Of a stretch of DNA of 64,000 bases, positions 25,726 through 37,622 are shown in pieces (position 1 is the first letter of the stretch; each line of letters opens with the position of its first letter). The DNA comes from Dictyostelium discoideum (taxonomy: Eukaryota): NCBI GenBank assembly GCA_000004695.1, contig CM000152.2, positions 352,001-416,000 on the forward strand. Reading direction: 5' to 3'. The position numbers were made by a program, and so were the translations under genes. A model generated the notes under the pieces. The model did not search any database. It was not told the origin of the DNA and was given only the letters and a program-made list of their open reading frames with translations.

Positions 25726-25835
25726 CAACTAGTAAAATTTTAGTTGGTGGTGCTGCCATTATCGTTTGTGCTGGTCTTATTACTCTTTCACTTAGAGATG
25801 GTATTGGTAGTGTTGTTAGTGCTTTATGGAAATAA
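25726..25835 (+). CDS. sdhD: SDHD, exon 2
   Basis: Acceptor taaataaaatAG at 25724-25725. The exon gives ...TTSKILVGGAAIIVCAGLITLSLRDGIGSVVSALWK*, compared with the human SDHD C-terminus [23 protein letters not shown]. Confidence 0.7.
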
Positions 25836-26104
25836 TTACTTTTTATTGGAAAATCAATGTAAAAATTCAAAAAAATTAAAAAAAAAAAAAACAAAGAAAA
25901 AAACATATACATATAAATATTTAAAAAATAAAAAAATAAAAAAAAGAAAAAGAAAAGGCAATAACTTATAATAAACATTATTGTTGCATTCATTTTTTAA
26001 AAAATAAATAAAAAAAAAAAAAAAACAAAGAAAAAAAAAAACAAACTTTTAATTTTAAATCATTCTTTATTTAAATTTTTTTTTTTTTTTTTTTTCAAAT
26101 TTTA

Positions 26105-26140
<36 letters not shown>

Positions 26141-26149
26141 TAATGTGTG

Positions 26150-26388
26150 TTAACAGGATTTTACTTTTGGTTGAGTTTTAATGAATTTTTGATAAATAGT
26201 GAAATAGAAAACGGAACCAATTGTAAATATTGAAGTACCAATGATCCATGGATATTTAACTTCTGGTGGTGTTGGAATTTGCCAAAACATAGCACCACCA
26301 TATTTAACACAGATTAAAACTTCAATGAAAACATTTGCAATACAAATCCATGCCATTGCACCCAACTTTTTAGTTTTACTAAATAAAT
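26150..26388 (-). CDS. Phosphatidylserine synthase (base-exchange type, PTDSS-like), exon 4 (last)
   Basis: Acceptor tttatttAG (plus 26389-26390). The exon reads GKTKKLGAMAWICIANVFIEVLICVKYGGAMF..., compared with human PTDSS1 [30 protein letters not shown]. Confidence 0.8.
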
Positions 26389-26415
26389 AAATAAATAAAT
26401 AAAATTTATAATTAG

Positions 26416-26421
<6 letters not shown>

Positions 26422-26469
<48 letters not shown>
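26422..26469. repeat. (TA)n microsatellite inside intron 3 of the PS synthase gene
   Basis: Direct reading. Confidence 0.9.
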
Positions 26470-26471
<2 letters not shown>

Positions 26472-26507
26472 GATGTATTATATAAATAGATTAAGATAAT
26501 AAATTAC

Positions 26508-26902
26508 CCATCAGTTGCAAATTGATAATATTCACGTAAACCTGGAGTACCAATTAAACACCATAATAATAAACGATAAACATTGATTGGATTTGGTGGT
26601 GGTATCCATAATAAAGTTTTCAAAAAGAAAGCATTTAATTCAACGATTGAAATTAAAACAACCAATAGAATAACACCAAGATATCTCTTCCATGATGATA
26701 AAATCTCCCAATTGTATGTATCTAAAGTTTGTGGAGTGAATTGTTTTAATAAAGTGATTGGATTATACCATGATTTCTTTCTCTCTTCTGATTTTGGTTG
26801 TTCAACACCTGCCCAATTATATTCCTTCATATGTAAATATCTAATTGTTAATAAACCCATCAAAATTCCTAATGCATTACATACTAAAATATCTAAAATA
26901 AT
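26508..26902 (-). CDS. Phosphatidylserine synthase, exon 3
   Basis: IILDILVCNALGILMGLLTIRYLHMKEYNWAG...LLWCLIGTPGLREYYQFATDG matches [30 protein letters not shown]...RQYYAYLTDT. Donor GTAATT, phase 2. Confidence 0.8.
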
Positions 26903-26936
26903 CTATATATATATATCGATATTTTGGTTAGTATAT

Positions 26937-26985
<49 letters not shown>

Positions 26986-27003
26986 ATTATTTTTATACTT
27001 TAC

Positions 27004-27457
27004 ATGATCCCACCAACATTCATGAAAATTTGGTAAAAGATGAGCAAATGTTAATTCTAAAATTTCAAATGAAATTGATAAAACCCAACAAAGACGATAG
27101 TCACGTAAGAGTAAAGTTTTACCCCACCAACCTAAGAAATGTGCCCAAATGAATTCATCGTTTACAGTGTGTTTTAAATTTGCAAAATTTGATTCTGGAT
27201 TGTCTGGTGTATAAAGGTCACAATTATCAGCATATGATCTCTCTGGTAATGGTTCACCTAATTTGGAATCGATATGTTTCATAATTATACGTGCATCATC
27301 AGCTGATTGAAATAACATAAATACTAATGCACATAAATATAATACACCAACTCCCATCACTACTCTCCAAAATGCTGGATGTGGTCTAATAAATAAACCA
27401 TCTCTCATTTGTAACATTGAAAATAATAAAAATGCTGCACATGATGCTAAAATACCA
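27004..27457 (-). CDS. Phosphatidylserine synthase, exon 2
   Basis: TGILASCAAFLLFSMLQMRDGLFIRPHPAFWR...LTFAHLLPNFHECWWDH matches human FTRPHPAIWR...LPNFAECWWDQ. Donor GTAAAG (plus 27002-27003). Confidence 0.8.
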
Positions 27458-27488
27458 CTAAAAAAAAAAAAGAGATAAATAAGAATTG

Positions 27489-27524
<36 letters not shown>

Positions 27525-27591
27525 TAATTATTTATTTATTTATTTATTTTTTTTTTTATTTATTATTTATTTAATAAAATAAAATAATTAC

Positions 27592-27977
27592 GTTTTAACA
27601 CTGTTAACTTGTGATTGTTCTTTTGTGAATGCGAAATAAATTGTAACAATACCTGCTATTATTAATGCAAGAATTGTATGTGGTTTATAAAAAAAATTTA
27701 ATGTATCTTGTTCTTTTTTAGTTTGTTCGGTTGTATGGTTTGCAACAGCCGTTGATCCTCTATTCGAATTGCTATTCGCCATATTATTATATATATTATT
27801 ATTATTATTTATTTTATTATTATTATTATTATCACTATTATTATTATTATTTATTTGTTTATTATTATTATTATTATTATTATTACTTTTATTATTATTG
27901 ATATTATTATTATTATTATTGATATTGATATTATTACTTGAGTTATTTATTTCTGTATTATTCCGAATGTTTTGCAT
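27592..27977 (-). CDS. Phosphatidylserine synthase, exon 1
   Basis: ATG at 27977. The N-terminus is Asn-rich, followed by TM1 ILALIIAGIVTIYFAF. Donor GTAATT at plus 27590-27591. Confidence 0.75.
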
Positions 27978-28240
27978 TTATGATTTTTTGACTATTTGAA
28001 TAAAAAAAAAATAAAAAAAAAAAAAAAATCGTTTTGGTTTTAAATTTTAAATAATCGTTTATTTTTTTTAATTTTTAATTTTTTAATTTTTTTTTTTTTG
28101 ATTTTTTTTTTTTTTTTATTATTATTTTTTTTTTTTTTTTTTTTTTATAATGAGGGAATTTTGGGAAAACTAAAAACCATAAAAATATTTTCAAAACTTA
28201 ATCTTCAAAACGATTAACGATACCATTTTTGGATTCGAGG

Positions 28241-28280
<40 letters not shown>

Positions 28281-29606
28281 ATAATTCAAAATAAATAAAA
28301 AAAAAAAAAAAAAAAACAAAAAAAAACAAAAAAAAACCAACAGTATTGCAAATTAATTTATTAAAAACAAACACAACTTATTTAATAAAAAAAAAAAAAA
28401 AAAAAAGATAAAAAAAGTAAAAAATAAAACAATGGGAATATCAAAAAAAAACAAAATATTTTTTTTGGACCATGTTTTTTTTTTTTTTTTATTTTTTGCA
28501 ATATAAATCTTGATTATTTCAAATGTAATGTTGTTGCGATTGATTGTAAAATTTTAAAGAAAATATATAATTATAATGTAAAAAATAAAAATAAAAAAAT
28601 AATAAAAATAAAAATAATAATTTAATTTAATTTTATATTAAAATTTTAATTTAACTGATCAAAAATACAAGTAAATTTATTGGAAAGGACTTACAAATCA
28701 AACAAATAAATAATTGTTTTTTTTTTTTTTCATATTTTTTTATATTTTTTTTTTTTAATTTTTTAAAAAAAAATTTAATTAAAATTTATTTTTATTTTTT
28801 ATTTTTTTTTATTTTTTTTTTTTATTTTTTTTATTTTTTTTATTTTTTTTTTTTCAAATTTCGTTATTTGGCCCAATTTAATATTATTTATTTATAATTT
28901 AATTCCATTCATAATTGGAATAAAGAATAAAAAAATATATTTTTTTATAATTTTTATTTTTTTATTTTATTTTATATTTATTTTATTTTTTTAAAAAAAA
29001 AAAGATTAATATAGTTCATTAAATTCAGTTTCAGAATAGAATTTACTCACATTCACGAGAACCAGAAAGAAAAAAAAAAAAAATAAAAAAAAAAAATAAA
29101 AAAAAAAAAATTTTAAAAATAAAAAAAAAAATACACATCCACACGCAATAAATAAAAAAATAAAAATAAAAAAAAAAATAAAAAAATAAAAAGTAGACAT
29201 AATTAAAGGTACTGTCACATCACATCCATCAGTAACTTGTGTTCAATAATAATAATAGTAATAATAATAATAATAATAGTAGTAATAAAATAATAATAAT
29301 AATTGTGTAATAATATTTCTTTTTTCATTTTTGGGGATATATTATTATTATTGGATTATTACTATATTAAATTTTTTTTTTTTAAAAAAAAAAAAAACAA
29401 AAATATTAAAGCTACACATAACTTTATTCCTTATTGTTGGAATAATTTCATTATCAATAACGAAAATAGATTATTTTTCAAAGATTTTTAAATCAGGTCA
29501 CGGTACGCACAATACCGTAACCAATACAACTACTACTACTACTACTACCACAACCAACACCAACACTAATAATATCAATACCAACACCATAACTAACATT
29601 AATAAC

Positions 29607-29702
29607 ATGGATGAATCATTTGATGCTTTTGAAATAAAACCAAATAGCAGTATTATTGAACATTTTAATAATCACCCAACTTGTATAGATAAAGAATTTA
29701 AT
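29607..29702 (+). CDS. ptpB: Protein tyrosine phosphatase (non-receptor, 377 aa), exon 1
   Basis: MDESFDAFEIKPNSSIIEHFNNHPTCIDKEFN ends at the donor GTAACT at 29703. The choice of start is uncertain, because an in-frame Thr/Asn-rich extension back to 29331 contains no stop. Confidence 0.55.
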
Positions 29703-29972
29703 GTAACTATCTTTTTTTTTTTTTTTTTTTCTCTTTTCAAAAATAAAAATCATATACATTTTTTCTATATATGATATTTTAATGGATATTTTATTAACTA
29801 TCGTTATATTCCATTTTCGGAAATAAAATAAAAAAAAAAAAAAAAAAAAAAAACAAAACAAACAAATTTATCATATCTACCCTCTTCTTCTTCTTCCTCT
29901 TCTTCTTCCTCTTTTCCTTCTCCTTCTCCTTCTCCCTCCTCCTTCTTTTCATATCAATTTCCTCTTCTTTAG

Positions 29973-30078
29973 TTTATTTTACAAAAAACTGAATTAAGAG
30001 CACTTGAAACAGATAAATTTAGATCAGCACTTGAGGCGAAAAATAAACTAAAAAATAGATATTCTAATGTTCTACCCT
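29973..30078 (+). CDS. ptpB: Protein tyrosine phosphatase, exon 2
   Basis: The acceptor follows a CT-rich tract (ctcttctttAG). The exon encodes ...KNKLKNRYSNVLP, PTP motif 1. Donor GTAAGT at 30079. Confidence 0.75.
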
Positions 30079-30172
30079 GTAAGTAGCTTTTTTTTTTTTT
30101 TTTTTTTATACCAAAAGACATTTTTCATTACTAATTTTTTTATTTTTATTTTTTTTATTATTATTTAAATAG

Positions 30173-30251
30173 TTGAAGAAACAAGAGTTAAAATAAATAT
30201 AGATGATGATGATGATGATGAGGATGATAATGAGGATGATATAATAGTAAG

Positions 30252-30282
<31 letters not shown>

Positions 30283-30420
30283 AAAAGAATTAAAAGAAAT
30301 AGTATAGGAAGTTCAGGTCAAAGTGATGTAATGAGTAATTCAAGTGATGAGGAGGATCATGGTGGAAGTGGTGATGAAGGTACCACTTTATCTGATTATA
30401 TTAATGCTAGTTTTATAAAT
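30173..30420 (+). CDS. ptpB: Protein tyrosine phosphatase, exon 3 (includes an Asp-rich acidic insert)
   Basis: FEETRVKINIDDDDDDEDDNEDDII...NNNNNNNNNEKRIKRNSIGSSGQSDVMSNSSDEEDHGGSGDEGTTLSDYINASFIN. This is the RVKL motif, then an acidic/Asn insert, then the DYINAS motif. Donor GTAAGT at 30421. Confidence 0.75.
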
Positions 30421-30521
30421 GTAAGTTATAAAAATCTCCGAATGAAACTATATTTTTAAAAATAATTATTAACTTTTTATTTTTATTATTTTTATTATTT
30501 TTTTTAAAAATCTATTTTTAG

Positions 30522-30773
30522 AATGGAACTTATATATGTACACAAGGACCTTTACTTAATACAATTGTTGATTTTTGGAAAATGATTTGGGAACAAAATA
30601 GCAATATAATTGTAATGTTAACTAGGGAAGAAGAAAATTTTAAAACGAAATGTGATAAATATTGGCCTGATAAAGATGAAGAAAGATATGGAAATTTTAT
30701 AGTTAAATTTGATAATAATATAACAATACCCGATATTTTAATTAGAAGAGAATTTACGTTAGAAAATTTAAAG
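30522..30773 (+). CDS. ptpB: Protein tyrosine phosphatase, exon 4
   Basis: [49 protein letters not shown]... carries the TQGP, DFWxMxWE and KCxxYWP motifs. Confidence 0.85.
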
Positions 30774-30886
30774 GTATTTATCCATCCTTCTTTTTTTATA
30801 TAAAATTTACCTTTGAAAATTTTAAAGAATATTAATAGATTTTTTTATTTTTTTATTTTATTTTATTTCTATTTTTTTTTTCTTAG

Positions 30887-31318
30887 GATAATAAAACTAG
30901 AAAGATTTATCATTTTCAATATACTACATGGCCAGATCATGGTACACCAGTTTCAACAACTGGATTTTTAAAGTTTGTTAGTTTTGTAGATCATGAAAAG
31001 AGAAGTGGACCAATTGTTGTTCATTGTAGCGCAGGTATTGGTAGATCAGGTACATTTGTAGCCATTCATAGTATTGTTGCTAAATTTGCAAAACATTATG
31101 ATGAAAAGAAACAAGCACCATCAATAAATTTACCAAAGTTGGTTGTAGAGATGAGAAATGAAAGACCAGGTATGGTTCAAACCAGAGATCAATATAGATT
31201 TTGTTATCTTGCTATCTCTGAAGCTATGAATACTGTATTAAAGAAAGAACAAAAGAAACGTAAAGGTTTATCATATTCTTATTCAAGTATTCCACTTACT
31301 GGTCCGGAACATGATTAA
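30887..31318 (+). CDS. ptpB: Protein tyrosine phosphatase, exon 5 (catalytic loop)
   Basis: HFQYTTWPDHGTPVST (WPD loop), VVHCSAGIGRSGTF (the HCx5R catalytic motif) and QTRDQYRF (Q-loop). Stop at 31316-31318. The five exons sum to 1134 nt and give 377 aa, matching the PTP2 length and acidic insert I recall. Confidence 0.85.
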   Translation, partial: DNKTRKIYHFQYTTWPDHGTPVSTTGFLKFVSFVDHEKRSGPIVVHCSAGIGRSGTFVAIHSIVAKFAKHYDEKKQAPSINLPKLVVEMRNERPGMVQTRDQYRFCYLAISEAMNTVLKKEQKKRKGLSYSYSSIPLTGPEHD

Positions 31319-31339
31319 ATCAAAATAATAATAAATAAA

Positions 31340-31395
<56 letters not shown>

Positions 31396-31701
31396 AAAAT
31401 AATCAAAAACATTAAATAGTAATAATAAAATAGTAAAATAATTAAAAAATAAATTTTATTTAAATCAAAATAAAATAATAATAATTAAACAAATAAAAAA
31501 AAAAAAAAAATAAAAAAAAAAAAAATAATAAAATAAAGAAAAAAAAATAAAAAAATAAAAAACAATAAAAAAAAAAATAAAATAAAAAAAATAATAATAA
31601 AAAACAATAAATAAAATAAAACAATGTAAAAAAAAAAAAAAAATAATAAAATAAAATAATTAAAAAAAACACTTTTCTTTTTATCTTTGTTTAAATATTG
31701 G

Positions 31702-31769
<68 letters not shown>

Positions 31770-32406
31770 TAATGACTGGTGATTAAAGAAATTGTGGTAA
31801 CAAAACAACACCAAAAGAAAAGTTAGTCAACTAAAGTTGAACAAAATCTTTAACAATAAATTCATAGGGATTGGTAGTTTGAAAAACTTATTTTTTTTTT
31901 TAAGATATTTCAAAAGTTTGCAGTGCTTTCAGTGAAATTATAATAACAAATTTGATTTGGTAATCAAAAAATCAAAAAAAAAAAAAAAGGAAAAAAAAAA
32001 GGAAAAAAAAAAAAAAAAGGAAAAAAATATTTTCTGTATTTTAAAATCAAATGTTATTATTATTTAAATATTTAATTTCCTAATACATTCCAATCATTCT
32101 TTTTTTTCTTTTTTTTTTTATTAATTAAATTTAATTAATCCAAAAAAATAATAAAAGGAAATAAAAATAAAAACAAATAATCACAATAACCAGGTGCCTT
32201 TTCTTTTTTTTTTTTTTTCACAATTTTTTTTTTTTTTTTTTTTTTTTGATCAAATCTGAAAAAACTTTTTATTTCCAAGATATTTAAAAATTAGCTGTTT
32301 TCACTGAAATTAAAAAATACAATTTTATTATCATAAAAAAATCTAAAGCAAAAAGGAAAAAAATTAATTCCTATCTTTGAACAAAATTGTTAATCACATG
32401 ATATTT

Positions 32407-32437
<31 letters not shown>

Positions 32438-32820
32438 GTCATTATTTTCATTTACAACTTCAAAAAAAAAAATAAAAAATAAAAATAAAATTGAAAATAA
32501 AAAAAAAAAAAAAAAAAAAAAAAAAAGTGAACAGAAAAAAATAAAAAAATTATGGTAAGGCGGAGGTTGTTAAAAACGTGGCTATTTGACTTTTTTTTTT
32601 TTTTTTAAAACTAAACCTTTATGCTTGTTTTTTAACATTACATTTTTTTACAATTATGAAAAAAAAAATGATTTCCGAACCATTTTGATAAAGAATATTT
32701 TGTTTTGACTTGATTTTATTTTTTCATTTTTTTTTCATTTTGTTTTTTTTTATTTTTTTTTTTATTTTTAAAAAAAAAAAAATCAAAATGTTTCGAGCTT
32801 ATTTTATTTTTTTTTTTATT

Positions 32821-32857
<37 letters not shown>

Positions 32858-33353
32858 CCTAATCACTTACTTTTTTCTTTTTTTTTTTTATTCAACTCAA
32901 CACAACAAAACATATGCATACATATATTGATACATATGGATTTTGGTTGATCTATTAAACAATAAATTTTAGGAATTTTTTTTTTTTTTTCAATTCATAT
33001 TTTTGTTTTCCATATTTGTAAATAATAAAAATAATTATTTTTAGATCACTCAAAATTTTAGCTCTAAAAAAAAAAAATAAATAAACTTTATAATTTTGTA
33101 GATATAAATATTTTTCTTTTTTTTTTTTGTATAAACCCATATTTATATATCCATACCAATCAACAATCAACAATCAACAATTAATTAATAATAATTTATA
33201 AATTATAATTTAAAATTTAAAATTAAATACTTAATAACTAATAATTAATAATTAATAATTAATAATAATAATAAAAATAATTAATTAATAAAAAAAATAA
33301 ATAAAAAAAAAATATAAAATTAAAGTTGTAAAATTAAAAAAATCAAATAAAGA

Positions 33354-33527
33354 ATGTTAAAGTTCGAAGAATTTAAAAGCTTCTCAAAGAAAAATTTCTC
33401 ATTTTTTCAAGAACAATATCAAATTAGTAAAAAAGAATTAATAATCCTTTTAAAATGGTCTATTCCATTAATTGTTTCAAATTTATTAAATAATGTTTCT
33501 TATTTATTCGTAAATTTAATTTTTGTG
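33354..33527 (+). CDS. MATE (multidrug and toxic compound extrusion) family transporter, exon 1
   Basis: MLKFEEFKSF...LKWSIPLIVSNLLNNVSYLFVNLIFV ends at the donor GTAAGT at 33528. Confidence 0.75.
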
Positions 33528-33839
33528 GTAAGTATTATTTTATTATTATTTTTTTTTTTTTTTTCAACCATCCAAACCACACCACTTTTTTTTCTTCGAT
33601 TCCAATGAAACCTCCTCAAATTTTTGCAGTTTTTTAAAAAAAAAAAAAAAAAAAACCAAGATATTTTGAAAAAAAAAATATCAACACCAAAAAAAAAAAA
33701 TATCTTGTTTTTTAACCACCCACACTCCCCCATTTTTTTTTTTTTTTTCACATTCAAAAAATTTTTCATTTTTTTTTTTATTTAATTATTAATTCTCGAT
33801 TTTTTTGATTTTTTTGATTTTTTTTTTTTCTAAAAATAG

Positions 33840-35534
33840 GGTAAACAAAGTGCTGATCAATTAGCAGGTGTTGCATTATCAAATACATGGACATATTGCA
33901 CAATGAGTTTAGCTACTGGTTTAGCAAATGCTATGGATACATTAGTATCACAATCATTTGGTGCAAATAATTTAACATTAGTTGGATTGACATTACAAAG
34001 AGCGTCACTTGTATCGAATGCATCATTTTTAATAGTTACAGCATTATGGTGTATAACTGAAAAATTCTTATTATTAGTTGGACAAGATAGTGAAGTATCT
34101 TATTACGCTCAACAATATTCATTATTTTTATTACCAGGACTTTGGTTTTACCTTCAAACAAATGTTTTACAAAAATATTTACAATGTCAAGGTGTAATGT
34201 GGCCATCGATTGTGGTTGGTTTCATTATGAATGCATTCAATGTATTATTTAACTTTTTATTTGTCGGTGAGAATTATGGAGATTTCTCATATAAAGGCGC
34301 GGCATTAGCCACATCAATCTCTAGAATATTGGCGTTTTTCTTAATGTTGGCAGTGATAAAAATTTGGAAACTTCATGAAGAGACTTGGTTTGGATGGAAA
34401 CGAGAATGTCTAAGTTTACAAGGATTTAAAGAGTATCTTAAATTGGGGGGACCAGCATCCATCCAGCATGCCTCGGAAGCCATTGGTTTTGAGGTTTTAA
34501 CGATTTTAGCAGGTTTATTGGGCCCGGGCAAAGTGCCATTGGATGCCCATTCAGTTACATATAATTTCACACAATTGACATACCAATTCCCAAGCGGCAT
34601 TTCCATAGCGACATCAGTGCGTGTCGGTCAATTATTAGGTAGTAAAAATGAGTCAATGGCCAAGAGAGTATCTTGGATGGCATTTGTCATATCATTGATT
34701 TTCATGGGTATAATAGCGATTATTCAATATACTTGCAGACATGTAATTGGCTACATTTACTCAGACTCTGAGGATGTAGTTCAAACAGTTGCTAAAATTT
34801 TACCAATAGCTGCACTCTTTCAAATTTTCGATGGAGGTCAAACCATTTTTCAAGGTGTTGTAAGAGGTATGGGTAGAGTTATCACTGGTGCACTTTGTAA
34901 TTTCATTGCGTTCTATGTGATCTCTATACCCTTATCAGCAGTATTTGCATTTCCTTTAGATAAAGGTGTCGAAGGTTTATGGTGGGGTTTATGTGTTGGT
35001 TTGGTCACAATTTGTGTAATTTTAATTATAATCATTTTCAGAGTCAATTGGACCACTGAAATGGATAGAGCATTTGAAAGAACTAAATCAATGAATATGT
35101 CTCAAGCTGATCTAGAGAATGGTTTAGAATTACAACAAAAACAAATGGCTCAACAAGAAAACAATTGTGGTTCTTCAACTGATGGTGTTAGTACAAGTGA
35201 AGGTTCACCAATAACAACTATTAAAGTTACCACTGAAGCTGTAGTTCAGGAATCATACGATGATGATATAAATGATAAAAATAGTGATAATAATAATAAA
35301 AATAATAAAAAAAATAATAATTCAGATGATGAGGACGACGACGATGAAGATGTTAAATCAAATAAAAAGAGAAGAGGTTATAATAATTATAGAACTTCAA
35401 GTCATCATCAAATGAGAACTAATAGTAATAATAATTTTAGAACAAATAGTCATAATAATTTTAGAACAAATAGTAGTCCTGATTTTAGAAATGAAGTACC
35501 TGATCAATCTGTAAATAGATGTCATCCACAATAA
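33840..35534 (+). CDS. MATE family transporter, exon 2
   Basis: Acceptor ctaaaaatAG at 33838-33839. The junction gives ...NLIFV|GKQSADQLAGVALSNTWTYCTMSLATGLANAMDTLVSQSFGANN, the MATE signature. There are 12 predicted TM segments and a hydrophilic Asn/Asp-rich C-tail. Stop at 35532-35534. Confidence 0.85.
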   Translation, partial: GKQSADQLAGVALSNTWTYCTMSLATGLANAMDTLVSQSFGANNLTLVGLTLQRASLVSNASFLIVTALWCITEKFLLLVGQDSEVSYYAQQYSLFLLPGLWFYLQTNVLQKYLQCQGVMWPSIVVGFIMNAFNVLFNFLFVGENYGDFSYKGAALATSISRILAFFLMLAVIKIWKLHEETWFGWKRECLSLQGFKEYLKLGGPASIQHASEAIGFEVLTILAGLLGPGKVPLDAHSVTYNFTQLTYQFPSGISIATSVRVGQLLGSKNESMAKRVSWMAFVISLIFMGIIAIIQYTCRHVIGYIYSDSEDVVQTVAKILPIAALFQIFDGGQTIFQGVVRGMGRVITGALCNFIAFYVISIPLSAVFAFPLDKGVEGLWWGLCVGLVTICVILIIIIFRVNWTTEMDRAFERTKSMNMSQADLENGLELQQKQMAQQENNCGSSTDGVSTSEGSPITTIKVTTEAVVQESYDDDINDKNSDNNNKNNKKNNNSDDEDDDDEDVKSNKKRRGYNNYRTSSHHQMRTNSNNNFRTNSHNNFRTNSSPDFRNEVPDQSVNRCHPQ

Positions 35535-35739
35535 AAAAAAAAAAAAAAAAACTGGAAAAAAAAAAATCAGAAAAAAAAAAAAAAAAAAAAAAATATTGAT
35601 TTTAGATAATCTTTTTTAAAATAAAGTTTACAAAATAATATTTAAACTATTTATTAATTTTTATATATATGTACACTAGAATATTTTTTTATTTATTTTT
35701 ATTTAGATTTTTTTTTAGATTTTTTTTTTTTTATTTTAT

Positions 35740-36010
35740 TTATGGTTGATATTGTGGTTGTTGTTGTTGTGGTTGATAGAATTGTGGTGGTTGTTGTGGA
35801 ACTTGTTGATAAGTTGGATAAGCTCCTTCACTTTGATAAATTGGAATGGTGGCAGGTGGACTTTGTCCAACGCATGATTTTGTGAATTCACATTCATTAT
35901 AATGTTTAACCATCTTGTGAGTATAAAATGCATCAAATAGCCAACCTAAACCAAATACACCTGCTGTAAAGAAATATAAAAAGAATGTACCAACTCTTCC
36001 TAAATATAAT
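35740..36010 (-). CDS. TM2 domain-containing protein, exon 2
   Basis: Intron at plus 36011-36105 (donor GTAAAA, acceptor aaatttaaAG). The exon reads R|LYLGRVGTFFLYFFTAGVFGLGWLFDAFYTHKMVKHYNECEF...QPQYQP*, the TM2 motif HRxYLG...G..G.W...D. Confidence 0.75.
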
Positions 36011-36105
36011 CTTTAAATTTATTTTTTTTTAAAAAAAAAAAAAAAATTAATATTTTAAAAATATATTTTTGTGTGTGTGTTTTTATTAAATTAATTAATT
36101 TTTAC

Positions 36106-36320
36106 CTGTGGAAACCTAAAATACCAAAAAAGAACCAAAGTACATAAGCAACGGTCATTGATTTTGGACAATATGATGATGATCTTGATCCATATACAAC
36201 TGGAACTGGTGTAACAATTGGTGTAACTAAAACTGCACCTCCACCATAGTGTCCACTACCATGATGGTGATGATGATGGTGATGACCGCTGCCTCCGTGA
36301 TGATGATGATGATGACCCAT
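36106..36320 (-). CDS. TM2 domain-containing protein, exon 1, with a natural poly-His N-terminus
   Basis: MGHHHHHHGGSGHHHHHHHHGSGHYGGG...SYCPKSMTVAYVLWFFFGILGFH(R). The poly-His is encoded by (catcat)n on the plus strand at 36249-36318. Confidence 0.75.
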
Positions 36321-36978
36321 TTATATTATATTATATTTTTATTTTATTTTATTTTTATTTTATTTTTATTTTATTTTATTTTTTTATTTTACAATATACT
36401 TTTATTTATTTTATGTATATATATTTTTTTTCTTTGGAAATATAAGAAAAAGAAAAAAAAAAAAAAAAATTTTTAGTGCCTTTTGGTGTGAAAAAAAAAA
36501 AAATAAAAAAAATAAAAAAAATTTAATTCAAAAAAAAATAAAATAAATTTGCGTTATATTGATATCTCAAAAAATCAAAAAATCAAATAATTTATTTTTT
36601 ATTTTTTTTAATTTTTTTTTTTTTTTTGAAAATTTAAAAAAAGGGATCGCAGACTCACATTTTTATTTTTTTTTAATCATTAAGAAATCTGTCATTCTCT
36701 TCACCCAAAAAAACAAACTAAAAAAAAAAAAGAAAGAAATTTCTTTTTTAACCAAAGAATTATTAATAATACCAATAAAACTCGTTAATATTTTTTTTAA
36801 AATGACCAATCTTTAAGTAAAAAAAAAAAATTAAAATAAAATAATTATATAAATATATAATTTAAAACCAAATAATATTTTGTTTTCCTTAAAAAAAAAA
36901 AAAAAAAAAAAAATTAATCGTTGGAAAAAAAATCATTAACTTAAAAATATATCGAAAATCAAACAATAAAAAAAATGG

Positions 36979-37116
36979 AATTTTAAATGTTTAATTGATT
37001 GTGATATTAAATAAATATTATTTGTTAAAAAATGAAATTATTATTAACAATATTATCAAAATAATGTTATATTGTTTTTTTACTCCGTCATTTGGTATTT
37101 TTTCATTTTTTTGTTT
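36979..37116. repeat. Left arm of a 138-bp inverted repeat, about 97% identical to the reverse complement of 37872..38010
   Basis: aattttaaatgtttaattgattgtgatattaaataaatattatttgttaaaaaatgaaattattattaacaatattatcaaaataatgttatattgtttttttactccgtcatttggtattttttcatttttttgttt versus the reverse complement of the right arm. Differences: c/t once, tt insertion once, g/t once. Confidence 0.9.
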
Positions 37117-37596
37117 GTTTAATTGGTAAATAAATTCATCAGTTGAGTTTGAAAATAAAATATCAATTTTACCATTTTCATAAAAATAAGTATAATTTGT
37201 AAAATTACCAAAACAACGAATAATTTGATCATTTTCAATTGAACAACTTGTAACAGTTGGTAATTCAAAATAAAATTCAGTACGTGTAGTTTGGTTACCA
37301 ATTGAAATTGAAATTTGATTCCTTCCACAACCTTTTGGAATTCGGAAGAGAATATATCATTGGAATTATCAATACCTTTAATAGTTGTATTATAATTATC
37401 CATGAATGAAAGAGTTTGTAAACTATTATTATTTATTATTACATTTACATTATATAATGTATAGTTTACAAGTTGACCAAGTACTGATAGTGGTAGTGAT
37501 GGTTGTGATGATTTACAAAGAATGAAATCAATTTGGATAACATTTGATTTTTTACCATTTGCAATTAAATATAAATTTGAATTTTTAAAAGTTTGA
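37067..37596 (-). pseudogene. Frameshifted member of an uncharacterised small gene family, paralogous to 39070..39262, overlapping the left inverted-repeat arm
   Basis: The minus-strand reading is ...NGKKSNVIQIDFILCKSSQPSLPLSVLGQLVNYTLYNVNVIINNNSLQTLSFMDNYNTTIKGIDNSNDIFSSEFQKV, then a 1-nt deletion near 37345, then IPKGCGRNQISISIGNQTTRTEFYFELPTVTSCSIENDQIIRCFGNFTNY...KQKNEKIPNDGVKKTI*. There is no ATG at the 5' end, and the deletion is defined relative to the 39-kb copy. Confidence 0.5.
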
Positions 37597-37622
37597 TTTG
37601 AAGGTGTAAATGATTAAGTTGT

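Noticed and set aside
29331-29606. In-frame upstream extension of PTP exon 1 starting with an ATG at 29331
   Set aside because: The first 40 codons run through poly-A/poly-T promoter-like sequence (MGIYYYYWIITILNFFFLKKKK). I kept the MDESFDAF start at 29607 but flag the Thr/Asn-rich stretch 29490-29606 as possibly coding.
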